Shown in pieces: positions 11,434-24,995 of a stretch of 64,000 nt of DNA. Both the position numbers and the translations under genes were made by a program. This DNA is from the human T2T-CHM13v2.0 reference genome, Homo sapiens. Below the pieces are notes generated by a model. The model worked only from the letters and a program-made list of their open reading frames with translations. It did not search any database and had not been told where the DNA came from. Location: NCBI RefSeq assembly GCF_009914755.1, contig NC_060942.1; one strand, given 5' to 3'. The stretch's first letter is position 1, and every line of letters starts with the position of its first letter.

Positions 11434-13544
11434 CTGGATTGCCCTCACCTTGAACTGTTCGCTAACCCAAAGAGTCCACACTATATGTTCTCTATTCTCC
11501 AAATATCATCTTCATATGCTAGCCTCTCATAAAGTGTTTCTGCATAAAGAAAATGGCCAGCAAAAGGAACCAAGTAGTTCTGGCTTCTCAAAGTAAACCA
11601 TATTGCCTACACAAGAAAGTGAAGCAGAAAAATGAAAGTAATTTTCTGATATTGTAAGCCCAAAGTTCTGTTTGAAGAACAGTAGGATTTTGATTTACTT
11701 TGATTCATGTACGTGTTTATGCAGCTCAAAATGACTAATTAATAGCTTATATGTGTACCTGTGTATACATAGGTATGCAAAATACTAGAAGCAAACTAGA
11801 TGAAGGTAGATTGAAATTAGAAAAGTGTTCTAAGTTATTGGTATTACTGACAAAACATTATAAACTCTTCTTTATATATTTAAAGTCTTCTCTAATTTTC
11901 TTATTTCCAGTCTTTCAAAATTCAAAATTGGATCATATTTTATGCTTGTAGGGTTGTTGGGGGTTTTTTTGTTTTGTTTTTTTTATAATACAGCTTTTCA
12001 CATTGGTTTCTTTTTCTGTTCCTGCACATCTGGTTGGTTATGTCTTCAATTAAATTCCATTCCATTTGTCTTATAATAGTAATAATCATAAAACTTTTGC
12101 AGATCAAATAAAGCCTCTCCAATGAGTTGTTTCTTTTACACCCACCCTGGCTAGAGTGCAGCACATTCTGAATAGTCAATAATAATTTGTAACTACTATG
12201 TTTTACTCACAAGTACTAAAGCTCTTTTTTTAAAGGAAAGGATAGTACTGGCAAAATATATCATCCCAAGGTTGCATTTCTTTTTCTTTATTCATTTATG
12301 CATTTGTCCAGTGAACAAGCACTGAAACACACTGAAACAGCTACTGTACATCCAGTATTTTGTTCTATTTGAAATAGGAATTTGATCATATGGTTATAAT
12401 TTTTTTAATATAGTGAATTTCATTGTTGTTTGTTTTTAATAAATACACAAGAACTTCTTCACCCATGTGAATACTTTTCTTTCAAATCAGTCTTTACTTC
12501 GGAAATCATGTGTTTCAAACCCCTTATCTACTCCCCATCCTAATTTTTTTAAAAATCTTACAAGAAGTCAACTCTCAGGAATTACTTGGTGCCAAGGAGA
12601 GAGATACTGAGTTTTAGATCTGTAAGCAACCATGGAAATGATGTTGGTAAATTACTTGATCACGCTGTGGGTAAATAATATGTTTGGCCAGAAATAGATA
12701 TAACTGGATATCTTGAACAACAATCTTTCAAAATAAGCTCCTGAAATAAGTTCAGAACATGATAGAAAACGGATCAGTAGAATATGTAACTAGCCTCTAA
12801 GAGAGGAATGACACTATATTAATTTGGATGTTTTCGTCCTTGTACAATCCTTCAAAAGGAGAGTAATTATGTTTCATAACCTTTATTTTTTAATTTATCA
12901 GAAGATACATGTAGCACATGGATTCCCATTAATAAGTTGCTTAAAATTGGCAACAGTGAAAAAGTACACATCTAAACATATACAACACCAAATGAAGTGA
13001 CTTTTAAGGAAACAGTTTGAGGTTTAGAGCCAATATCACACCTTAATGGCACTGTATTCATGCTATTTGCTCATTCACTCCACGAAGTAAGTGTTTATTG
13101 TTATTTTGGTTTATTTTTTTACTAGGTTCTTATATATCTCAGACATTAGAATTTCCTGATCCTTGAGCAAATTATATTGTCATTTTAATAATATCTTAAG
13201 AATAGTTTCTATTGACTAGATATGTCCTATAATATTTAGTGAATAAGAATCTGCCTTGCATTTTATACAGCTAGAACCTGATCATTTGGTGCTATAAATT
13301 CTCGAAATGTGTATTAGAAGTAAAGATGGATAGCTGTGATAAAATTATAAACTTAGCTTGTATAACTCAGAGATAGAGTTTATTCAGAATGCTGCTATTA
13401 ATTACAACCAGCTAAAGAGTTGCTAAGAGTTCTGGAGATGGGACTAATCTCAATTTCTACCAGGTTAATCTTCAAACCATTGTTGGTTTTGCAAAATTGA
13501 GATACTCCAATATCTTTGTGTGGAAAAGAGAGAAGTATACCACA

Positions 13545-13640
13545 ATCTCATAGAGCAAAACCAATCTTAGAGTGTATCTCATACAATCTCCTCATTTTAT
13601 AAATGAGGAAACTGAAACTCACTTGAAATGACATCTCCCA
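13545..13640 (-). mobile_element. MIR/MIR3 fragment
   Basis: CTCCTCATTTTATAAATGAGGAAACTGAAACTCA (antisense MIR core). Confidence 0.65.
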
Positions 13641-15637
13641 AAACAGCCATCAAATCAGTGTAGCCATGAATTCAGCCATGAAGTAATGCAGGAGAAGGCA
13701 ATATACATTTCGAAAATCAGAAGCTGGAAGAAGAACTTGTGAGCAAAGAGAGGCACCTATAGCAGTTAATGAGTAAAGGGAGTTATTCAGGTACCATGTA
13801 GAGTTCCTAGGGAGTGACAAGGAAAAACATACTCCATGCTGCATAAGCTTTGTGTTCAAAGACTAGAGGATGTTCGTGGGAAGACGCATTTAGATGCATT
13901 AAATAATAGTACGTTCCAATACAATGTCTGATAATGTCTAATCCAAAGTAAGCATGAGTGGTATGAGGAAAATAAAGGGATAAGGCCTAGAGGGTCATTT
14001 AAAAAGGGTGGACTTGAACTGGGCTTGAAATGTGACAGAGACTAAGGAGTGAAAAAGACTAAGTGAGCAGGGCTTTGCAAGGTGGCAGGGGAGTAACAGA
14101 CAGGCAGAAAGGACTAAAACTGGCAAGTATTAAGGAATGAAAAGTTTTGGTGGCCCTTCTTGCTGAATTATATTTCAACCACTACCATGGGCAGGAGGTA
14201 TGCAACCCCCTGGGATGGAAGTTCCTGGGCAATGTGGATCTACCAATGATCTGTTGCAGAAATGTGCCTTCTGTGGAGAATGTGGAGACTACAATTCTAG
14301 CCTCCTTCTATGGAGAATGTGGAGGTGCTCTTCTGCAAAGAGGGTTGGCAGATCCACATTGCACATCCACAGATGGTGAAATGTGATTCCCTAGAATTGC
14401 TAGGGAGAGGAGCGTTTCACATCTGAAGGCTCTAGTAGAGTTGCAGCAAGAGCCTTCCTAGGGCTGAAGGAAGCAGCGGACAGCAATGCTACCTGACAGC
14501 CACCCTACAGCATCTGGCTTTCTTTGGAGAGTTGCAGACTTTGAGCCTCTTACAGTTGGCCTGTCCCCCGCCAGCCCTCTCCCTGGAGTACAAGGCATGC
14601 CCTCATCCTTTATCCTTCAGTGAGGAGCATCCTAGGCTGATTGGAGGGCAGAGCATTAGCCCAGATCTCTGTGTCCTTCCCTGGCCCAGCTTTCCTTGAG
14701 AAGTGCCTCAGTCTATTATCTACCTTGGTTACCCATTTTTTCTTTATTTGTGATTCCTCTCTAACCTTGTCCTCATTGAATTAAAAACCCATTTCCATGT
14801 AAGCTATTGACTGGTTTCAGTTGTTAGATAGAAAAGTGCTGATAGGAAAATGGAAGAATTTTATTTAAGATAGCCAGGGTAAAGGGAGAGAAAGGGGGTG
14901 CAAAGATATGGGGGAATCAGAGACAACATGAAGATACTTACGCAGAAAAAACTTCTCATCCAGAGGAACTAGTAGGGTTAATGTGATGGTGGAGGCTACC
15001 GGCTGGAGAACTTTCTTCCTGTGCCAAACTGACCCACTTCAATGTGAGTTAGCAAAGGGCTTCCTTACCCAGAATTTAGATATCTGTGGCTTCAGGTCAG
15101 TGGGCTGGAGAATTGACTTGAATATTGCAAAGGAAAAGGAGAAGTTTGAGATGTTTTGTTTGATTATGTCCGAAGGGTAATAAAGGAAAATAAAGAGCTG
15201 AAAAGCTGGCTTTTGTTAACAGTAGTAGTAATAGCCAAAATGTGTAAAGCTTAGGATAAGAGAATGAACAAAAGATGCCCCAAGTAATGGTCTGTATACT
15301 TCAGGTTCAGCATCAAACAAAGCAGCTGAGAGACACTCATAATTGGTCTGTTGGTTGTAGAATGACTTTGTTTATTTTTTTTTACATGCCACATTATGAT
15401 TTGTCCTTAGTCACAAATTGATAGTGGAAATGTACCTATTAAGTAAATTCATTAGTTTGTTTACTCAATAATGAGAAGCTACTATACAAATTGTTTGTTT
15501 TAAAATTCTAAAAAATGATATTTTCCAGTCTGCAGACATCGTCCTGTACACTTTTCATGCTCATTGGAGTCAATATTGAGCACTCAAAAGATCTTTAATG
15601 GGTATTTATATAATTGAGATCTCTGATTATATAACAT

Positions 15638-15730
15638 GCATTCATTCATTCATTCATTTATTCATTTACCTAGCAAACATTGAGTGAGTATTTGCTGCAT
15701 GCCCCAAGCACTGTGTTAGATTCTGAGGAT
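15638..15730 (-). mobile_element. L2 3' end with (TTCA)n tail
   Basis: (CATT)n followed by CAAACATTGAGTGAG...AAGCACTGTGTTAGATTCTGAGGAT. Confidence 0.7.
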
Positions 15731-16774
15731 TAATGTCTGGCTGGGCACATGTCATTATGTGAGTATAAAAACTTTCCATAATGAACATGCTCTTGAAAAT
15801 TGGTGGACAAATTGAGTCACATTTAAATCAACTCACAGAGCCTGGTATTTAGGGGGATCTGTAAGGAAAATACTTTTGTTACATGAATATTTCTTAATGA
15901 AAATTATCATATTTAATTTGTGTCTTCTCTATTAACCTGAATTTCCATATGCTAGCTTTTTCTAAATAAAAATACCACCTGTATTTTGTTCCCAGTTTGT
16001 GGGGTACTAACATTTCAATTGGCTGCAGAGTCTTAAACTAATCATTTTCTTTCTCAACATTAGAAAATGTTGAATGGCCAAACACTCATCAAAAATGTCA
16101 AAAATGTTTTCATTTTTGAAAATCTACTCTAAATGCTGAAGTGGCTTGATTAGGTTAGAGAGGTTTTTATATCATTTTCTATAACCACTTAACTTAAGGG
16201 TAACTTTTAATGACATCCTACCAAGAGCTTATAGAATTTTAAAGCAATCAGGGTTTTTTACTTCCAATATAGTGGGAAGAAAATTAAACCAATTTATGCT
16301 ACATATAAGGCTTTATACTATGTTCTATATGTTATTAAGAATATGTGATATAATATTTTTAACAATATGATGTTACTTATATTTGTAAGTCACCTTATAT
16401 TTTTTCAGCTTTTTAATAGGTATCTATTTTGAACCTTGTCTTTTAACAACTTGGCATATAATTTAGTTCCCTGGGCTGAAAACTAAGCTATATAGTTGCC
16501 AAACCCGTTAAACTTGAACTCATTTTGGTTTTTGTTTCATGTTTGAGACTTTGTTCTCCTCTTTGCTTCACAGGAAAAGTTGTCTTCTGGTACCAGAATG
16601 TAGGAGAGAAGTCTTGCTCCACTCTTTGATTATTTGATACTTTTTTCAGTTCAAGGAGAGATTTGGAGTGGTCACTCTTTCATGATATGCATGTAGCGAG
16701 TCCTATAGGACACCTTTCTTTTGAGGCAATGACTCCTAAATGAACCACTCTGAGTATCAGAGTAATGACATGAT

Positions 16775-16955
16775 AATGTATAAGAGTTCCTGTTTCTCCA
16801 TATCTTCACAACGATTTTTATTGTCTTTTGATTATAACTATTCTAGTAAGTGTAAGGTGGTTTCTCATTGTGGTTTTAATGTGCATTTCCCTAATGACTA
16901 GCAATGTTTAACAACTTTTCATGTGTTTATTGGCCATTTATATATCTTCTTTGAT
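16775..16955 (-). mobile_element. L1M ORF2 3' fragment
   Basis: AATGTATAAGAGTTCCTGTTTCTCCATATC...TCTCATTGTGGTTTTAATGTGCATTTCCCTAATGACTAG...TTGGCCATTTATATATCTTCTTTG. Confidence 0.85.
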
Positions 16956-18119
16956 AACATAAATAAAGGATTCTCTGAAATGCTCAATGCAACATATTAT
17001 TTTTCACAATACAGAACACACTACCTAATCTAAGTCTCTATTCTTGGGAAAGTGATGTAACCTCAGCTTTTTATCTACTTGTTGAACCGTTAAAAAGAAC
17101 TGGTAAAAATAGTAATGGGCCTATTGGAGTAGAGACACACAAGTCATCCTTTAAAAATACCTATAATTATCTCTAACTCCTTTTTTTTTTTTTTAAGGTA
17201 AAGAAACTTTGTCCAACCCTGAAGAACTTCATAAAAACCTGTGAATTTCTATCAGTATATATATGGAATCTACCTCTATTTTCCAGCCTTTTTCTGGCTT
17301 CTCAACCAGAAAGGACCACAGTGAATAAAATAACATTTACCTGGAGTTTCATTCATCAACATTCTGTCCCCAAGAACCTCTTTACATGTTGGGAAGAAGA
17401 GAATATTTTCCTCTTTAATTATAAGATAACATTCATATTCATCTAAGGAAGGGTCTCATCTCAAGCAAAACCTAAACATAAGTTTCCCTGGAGTACTTTG
17501 TATAAAGAGAGAGACAAACATATCAGCTATCTGATTATGCAGGACCCACACTGGCCTGGCTGGTCAGTTTTGTTTAATGTTAAATAAGGCCACAGGCTCT
17601 GCAGAAAACTTCTCTGCAAACTCATCTAGCAGTCAATGTCATTTCCTGTAATCTGGCAAATCTTGAGATAACCAGAACTTTCTTAATAAACTTTGCTTTA
17701 AAAATTGCATAGTCCACTTTATAAATCTAATTCCAAAAAAAAGACACTGCCTTCATCCTAACCAGCTTGTAGGCAAATAGTGTGATTGAAAACACATTCA
17801 TAATTCAACATGGTTAAATGCCAAGGGCCAAAGAGATAGCACCTCACTGGCCAGTGTGGAGTGGGATGACATTCATAGTTGATTCAGCTCCTCGAAACAA
17901 GCTGTGTAATTGGAAAAACCGAGAGAAGTGACCTCAGCTATGTGTCCTAGTGGTGTCAAAATGCATTCCCATCAGTCTGACAAGTGGCCAGTTAGGAAGT
18001 TTCTTTTGAATCAAAGCAAAAATGGTAAGTCACAATTTTCAAGATTTCTGGAAATGCTGGATATAAAATGAGAAGACTAGAAGAGAATCTTTCTCAATAA
18101 TAATCATAAACAGAACTAG

Positions 18120-18244
18120 TATTTCTTTATAGCTCACAAAGTTCTTTCCTCTATATAATCTTATTTGAGTCACATACTATATGAGGTTAAGGTAATTATA
18201 TACATTTTCTGATGAGGAAGCTAAGGCAAGAAGCATTTAAGTGA
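18120..18244 (-). mobile_element. MIR SINE
   Basis: ATCTTATTTGAGTCACA...CATTTTCTGATGAGGAAGCTAAGGC...TTTAAGTGA. Confidence 0.6.
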
Positions 18245-18500
18245 GAAGCAGTTTAGTTTGGTGGTTTGAAACAGAGGATTTGGTGTCTGACCTATTAGGT
18301 ATAAGTCTTATCTCTACTGCAACCTAGAAGGGAGAACTGGGACAAATTACCCAGAAGACTGAATGGTGACAAATCACCTAATATCTCTGTTTCCTAATCT
18401 GCAAAATGTTGATTAAAAATGGTCACTCTGCCATCAGGCTGTTGTGGGGATTAAATAAAACACTGCCTATAATTCACTTACCTCAGTGGATGGCAAGGTA
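18245..18500 (+). mobile_element. MIR SINE
   Basis: GAAGCAGTTTAGTTTGGTGG...TCTGTTTCCTAATCTGCAAAATG...GTTGTGGGGATTAAATAA. Confidence 0.6.
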
Positions 18501-19673
18501 CATTTTAGCCTGTAAGTGCAAGGAACATTTTAACTGGTTCTACCGACTGTTAAGGTCATACAAGCCAAAGATAAAAACTTCAAATAAGACCCACATTAAA
18601 GAACTCGCACTTACTGATTTCATATCTTTGTCTCTTCTCTTCACATCATTCTTCATTTTAAGTTGTATAATACTCTTCATTTAAATAATAAATATTCAAC
18701 TAACACAAATGCAGTGATCCTCTGGTATGCCCACAAAATTATTATGAATGCTTAGAAAGATTTTAAATGTATAATATTTATTGCACAAAACCTTGCAACC
18801 TTGTATGCAGTTAAGTCATATGCATATGAGAGAAATTTAATCACAAGGCACATTGAAGCCTCAGGTGAGTCATACTCAGAATAGATGCCACTGAGGTCCA
18901 GGAAGAGAAGACATATGCACTGAAATAGGGATGAAAGATTTTTCTCATAGCTATTTTTGTACTGTTTTTTGGATTGATTTGTAAGGATATATGGATAGAC
19001 TAAGCCTTAAAGTTCCAACTTTGGTGATGAACGACAGGAAAAGCAGCTAGCGTAAAGGAAGGGACAAGTCAGAAAAGAACTTGGGAAGAAAGGTAAGAAA
19101 AGGAGAATTCACTGGGACTAGGGGTTAGTGACGTTGTGTTGGAAGGGATGTGAGACCAGACTGGCAAAGTTGGGATCAATAGGTTGGAGGCTTTGATGGT
19201 AGTGGCAGTGTACTCTCCCCAAGTCTCCTTGGTGAGTTGCAATATATTTGTAAGTGGACTGGTTCAGGGTTAAGTGATTTCTGTGGGACTGGAAGAGGCT
19301 TTATTTCATTCACTGTTTACTGATATATAGGACCATAAAATCCATGTCTATACCTAGCTCAGTACCAAACTCTAATTTGATCTTTGGCTCAAAATAAAAC
19401 TTTGTGGGTGTGTGTGGGTGGGAGGAATGTATGTTTCTTTCCAGGAACAGTTTTAACTCTGATCCTCCCATTTCCTGCAATTCATTGCTCATGGAGCTGG
19501 CCCTAGTTTAGGGAACAGCTGGGAAGCTGGCTGCCTAGACTTCAGGCCACTATTGACTACAAGTCTTCCAGCACAACCAGATTAATGGAATTGGGTACAA
19601 CTATAGTAGGTTGCAGTAATTAATCAATTTTATTTTACTTTACATACTTGCAGTTGAGGCTTTTGCACTTAGT

Positions 19674-19724
19674 ATGCAAATTTATGTAAATTAAATTCAA
19701 ACACATGCAAACTGATATGCAAAT
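19674..19724. promoter_or_regulatory. Cluster of octamer (POU) motifs
   Basis: ATGCAAAT at 19674-19681 and 19717-19724; variants ATGTAAAT at 19684-19691 and ATGCAAAC at 19705-19712. The motifs are certain, but function is inferred. Confidence 0.4.
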
Positions 19725-21398
19725 ATGTGTCCCTAGATTTGCTAGGGAAAAAAAATCTGGTAGCCCTACTGTAAGTTCCTAAAATGCAGTTGGGGGAAGG
19801 GAGAAAGAAAGAACTTGAACTACTCTTGCAGCTTGATCTGCCTTTCATTTGTTAATATATGCAAGTTGAAAATGAAAATAAAAACATGTTTTACTTCAGC
19901 TGCTCCCTATGTTATAAAATAGAAAGCTGAAAATCTGCAACAATAACAGGAACAAAATCTGTGAGTCTCCTCCTTGAGATAAGAATTCCAAAGTTTTATT
20001 TATTCCAAAATCATCTGCCTTTAGGCATCGTGTCTCGTAAGTGTAGGTTTCTTACTTTTAATTGATCAGATTGAAGCTATAACTAAACCCAGAGGAAATG
20101 CTCTTAGAACCCTGAAACACAAGGCTGTATAATGTGAGCTCTGAGTTGTAGATAAACTGCTCAGAATCCACAATAGAAGTTGAAGAGAGTGGGAAGAAAA
20201 TTAAATAATGAAAAAATTACAATTTGATTCATTCATATTGAACAAATGTTTTCTTTAAAAGATTATTATTTCTAAGTGAGCTCAAGTTAAGGGACAGGAA
20301 CATATTCTACAAGCATCAAAATGGAAACTTTCTAAAGAAAAACACAGGCCAGAAACTTAACTTAGAATATATTACAGTAGAGGAGATGATATCTGGTACT
20401 TGCAATGTTGCATATGACAGATATTTGCAAGCAGGTCTAATCATTGAGAAAACAGTAAATGAATGAGCAATAAATACTAGAATAAGCACTGGCCCAGGCA
20501 TTTGAAGAAATGGATTTACCGTTGGCCCTGCTATGACATATGGCCACATAAGGAAAGTGGGTCTTAATTTTCTCATTGGTAAAATAAGATAATGATAATT
20601 GCCTGACCTTTTCCAAAGATTGCTATGCCTTTCAAATGAAAAATAGCAAAGTACTAAATAGATGTTAATTACTTTTACAGAAGTTTATCTGTGGTCATTG
20701 CCAAGTTTTCCTTTCTGAAAGGCCTTTAAGCAATAGGGACTTGGTTATGGATTCAATCTGATCAACTAAAGATTAAAAAAAACCTGCATAAGAAAACTGA
20801 TTTCTCAAGACAGATGATTTTGATGTAAGTAAAACTTGGAACTATGTCAGTAAGGAGACTCACAGTGTAATGAAGTAGTAAAAGGAGATCATTTTCCAAA
20901 TTTGTGATCATGTTCTCTTGTGTACAATGAGACTACCTGGGATGTGAATTAAATGGTCCTTCAGGCTCTCAGATTCTGTGATTCTAGTGCCTACAGCCTC
21001 CTGTCTTGATACCCAAGAGTCTCCCTTTTGCATCTCAGGTCACCCTACACTGGGGGCCTTTTCATGCCTTTGCCATATATTGCTTTTTAGTTGCCACCAA
21101 TTCTTGGCACAGTGTTCTTCTTGTCAGTTGTTGGATGAAGGCATTTGTGCCAAGGAATGCCAATTTGTTAGTCATTTTAAAATTTTTATATTGATTAAGT
21201 ATTGACTATGAATATAGTTGGATATTTCATGTAACTAAAATACAATCCTTGAACATCAAAACTTAAAATCTTTAAATTGTAAATTTAAAGTGTGGGAAAG
21301 GAGACATATTTATATCCACCAAATCTAAAGTTGCTCTCTGTTACTGGGTGACAGTAGAAATGTGTTCTGAGATCAGAAATAAAATATCTACAATGGAT

Positions 21399-21730
21399 GA
21401 CTGGACATGGTGGCTTACACCTGTAATCTCAGCACTTTGAGAGGCCAAGGAAGGAGGATCACTTGAAGTCAGGAATTTTATATCAGCCTAGACAATATAG
21501 TGAGACTCCATCTCTACAAAAAAATTAAGAACTTAGCCAGATGTTGTGGCACAGGCTTCTGGTCACAGCTATCAGGAGGCTGAGATGAGAAGATCACTTG
21601 AGCCTGGGAAGCCAAAGCTGCAGTGAGCCATAACTATGCCACTGCACTACAGCCCTATAGTCTGGAGCCTGGGCAACAGAGCAACACACTGTCTAAACCA
21701 AAAAAAAAGAAAGAAAAAATAAAAAGAAAA
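21399..21730 (+). mobile_element. AluJ
   Basis: Dimeric Alu with J-type GGAGGATCACTTGA and an A-rich tail. It carries a ~15-bp insertion (CCCTATAGTCTGGAG) in the right arm. Confidence 0.95.
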
Positions 21731-21740
21731 TATATCCAAT

Positions 21741-22477
21741 CATCTCATACCATCTCATACAAGTTGGAATGGCAATTATTAAATAGTCGAAAAATAACAG
21801 ATGGTGGTGAGGCTGCAGAGAAAGGGGAACATTTATACACTCTTGGTGGGAGCGCAAACCAGTTCAGCCACTGTTGAAAGTAGTTTGGAGATTTCTTAAA
21901 TTACTTAAAAAAGAACTACCATTTGGCCCAGCAATCCTACTACTGGGTATATACCCAAAGGAAAATAACTCATTCTATTAAAAAGACAATTGCACTCATA
22001 TGCCCCTTGCAGCACTATTCACAATGGCAAAGCCATGGAATCAACCTAAGTGCCTCTCAACAGTGGATTGGATAAAGAAAATGTGGTACATATACACCAT
22101 GGAATACTACACAGACATAAAAAAGAAAGAAATCATGTCCTTTGAAGCAACATGGTTGCAGCTGGAGGCCATTATCCTAAGTGAATTGACATGAGAACAG
22201 AAAATCAAATACCACATGGCCTTATTTATAAGTGGGAGCTAAATATTAAATACACATAGACATAAAAATGGGAAAAATAGGCACTGGGGACTACTAGTCA
22301 AGGGAGAGGGATATGGGGAAGTGGGCTGAATAATCACCTATTGGGTTCCATGCTCACTTCCTGGGTGATGAGATCATTGGTACCCCAAACCTCAGTGTCA
22401 CATAATATATCTATGTAACAAACATGAACATGTACCCGTTTATCTATAATAAAAGTTGAAATTTTTTTTTAAAAAAA
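21741..22477 (+). mobile_element. 5'-truncated L1 (L1PA15/16-like) ORF2 end and 3' UTR
   Basis: ORF 22000-22194 AALFTMAKPWNQPKCLSTVDWIKKMWYIYTMEYY is the L1 ORF2p C-terminus. The 3' UTR ends AATAAAAGTTGAAATTTTTTTTTAAAAAAA. Confidence 0.93.
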
Positions 22478-22964
22478 TGCAAATAAAACCATACCTAGGC
22501 AAAAGCACAACAACAACAACAAACAAAAGCAAAGAAGGATATAGGGAATTTTGTGATGAGGAGGTACTGGGGCAGCAAAAATGAACCCAGTTTAGAATTT
22601 AGCTTCTTGTAGAGGTGAATTAGTAGACATGTTTCATAGGGTATAGGAAAAGTCAAGCTAGAACCTGGGGAGAGAAGGGATGGCTTTCCCAGCATAGCAG
22701 TGTTAGCCGAAATCCCAGATGTGAGTGAGTTTAAGAGTGGCAGGGAGAAAAGAGGCGGTTCACTGTCACCTCTAGGAATGCCTTACTGCAGGATTCCAGG
22801 AAGGGGCAGACACTTAGCAACTGGAAAGCAGATGAGATTGAGTAGACTAAGGTGCTGAGGAATCAGAAAAGAGTTTCAAGAAGGTTGGGCAGAGAGGCAG
22901 TGGGCAGTATTTTCATTAGTATGTAATACAACAGGCATGTTAAGGATGACGTATATTCAGCAGT

Positions 22965-24034
22965 TATCAGGGGAACCATCCCCCAATATTTCAACGTAGG
23001 TGCTTTCTATTTTCCCTAAGTGTCGGCCCATCTGAGAAATAAAGAGAAAGAGTACAAAGAGAGAAATTTTACAGCTGGGTCTCCAGGGGTGACATCACGT
23101 ATTGGTAGGACCGTAATGATGACCCGGATCTGCAAAACCAGCAAGTTTTTATTAGGGATTTTAAAAGGGGAGGGGGTGTACGAACAGAGGTAAGTCACAA
23201 AGATCACATGCTTCAAAGGGCAATAAGATCACAAGGCGAAGGCAAAATTAGAATTACTGATGAGGGCCTACGTCCCACAGTGCAAGTGTTGTCTTGATAA
23301 ATATCTTAACAGGAAACAGGGTTCAAGAGCAGAGAACCAGTCTGACTAGAATTTACCAGGCTGGAATTTCCCAATCCTAGTAAGCCTGAAGGTACTACAG
23401 GAGACCAGGGCATATTTCAGTCCTTATCTCAACTGCGTAAGACAGACATTCCCAGAGCGGCTGTCTATAGACCTCCCCCGAGGAATGCATTCCTTCCCCA
23501 GGGTTATTCCTTGCTGGGAAAAGAATTCAGCGATATCTCCTACTTGCACATCTGTTTATAGGCTTTCTGCAAGAAGAAAAATATGGCTGTCTTATGCCCG
23601 ACCCGACAGGCAGTCAGACCTTATGGTTATCTTCACTTGTTCCCTGAAAATTGCTGTTAATCTGTTCTTTTTCAGGGTGCACTGATTTCATATTGTTTTA
23701 CAATTAGATTTCATATTGTTCAAACACACATGTTCTACAATCAATTTGTGCAATAGTGGTCCTGAGGTGATGCACATTCTCAGCTTATGAATAACAGGAT
23801 TAAGAGATTAAAATAAAGACAGGCATAAGAAATTATAAGAATATTAGGGAAGTGATAAATGTCCATGAAATCTTCACAATTTATGTTCAGAGATTGCAGT
23901 AAAGACAGACATAAGAAATTATGAAAGTATTAATTTTGGGAACTGATAAATGTCCATGAAATCTTCACAATTTATGTTCTTCTGCCTCAGCTCCAGCCTG
24001 TCCCTCCGTTCGGGGTCCCTGACTTCCCACAATG
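22965..24034 (-). mobile_element. MER11 (HERV-K11/HML-8 family) solo LTR
   Basis: The reverse complement starts ..TTGTGGGAAGTCAGGGACCCCGAACGGAGGGAC and ends GGTTCCCCTGATA. It is flanked by the 6-bp TSD AGCAGT (22959-22964 and 24035-24040). Confidence 0.92.
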
Positions 24035-24936
24035 AGCAGTGAGATCCAAGGCTGATACCAGGGATAGGTCCTGGATCCGATATGATACAACCACTAAACA
24101 TAATCCTGTGGAAACTATGAAAAAAGTGAATTTTTTGAATGGTGCTACATTAAGTGAAAAAAGTAGGTACACTTGTTTTAAAGGATGCCAATTTAAAGGT
24201 GAAGGTAGAGGGTAGAGAAGTATTTGAAAATCTTCAACAGTAATTATGTATGATTAGTAGAGATCTGAGTGATTTCAGCCCCCTCTTTCACATTTACATT
24301 TTTGATCACATTGGCTCTGCAATTGATTAGTGTTGCTGTTATGTATTGGTACTTTGATTTTTGTTAATGAGAAGAGAACAAAGACTTTAAATGAGAAATT
24401 CATTTTAAAAAAAGGTTGAAGAACTTCTAGCATATTCCTAGGGGAAGGAAGATTTGCAGTGGGTCAAACCTAAACTTGCCTTTTTATTTTGCACAGAGAT
24501 GATTTAGTTTAAGCAAAATATCATCTATCATGTTGAATTAATGTTGTTAATTTGCATTTTGCTTTGTATTTATTTAGTCTTCCTTTTATTTTACACTTGT
24601 GTATGAGCTAGACATATGAAATGTGTACCTAGTTTGGTGATAGTGAGATTCTATGACATATGTATATATGATATAATATTCATATTTATTAACATATATG
24701 TATTATTTTTTCTTTAACACAAAGCCCTGACTTGCTTAAGTTTGATAAAACACTGCTATGTTCCTGAGCTACTAAGGATTTGAAATGTGGCTGGTTGCAA
24801 TTGAGATGTGGTATAAGTATGAATAGACTCTAGATTCCAAGGAATTTTTATTAAAAAAAATTGAATTAATAATTTTATATTAATTCCACATTGAAATAAC
24901 ATAGTATTTGAATACATTGGGCTGAATTATATATGT

Positions 24937-24939
<3 letters not shown>

Positions 24940-24995
<56 letters not shown>
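24940..24995. repeat. (TG)n(TA)n microsatellite at the Alu tail
   Basis: Read directly; it abuts the poly-T of the antisense Alu. Confidence 0.97.

Noticed and set aside
16545-16615. Polypyrimidine tract plus CAG as a possible splice acceptor
   Set aside because: I found no convincing donor site or coding frame, and such motifs are common by chance.
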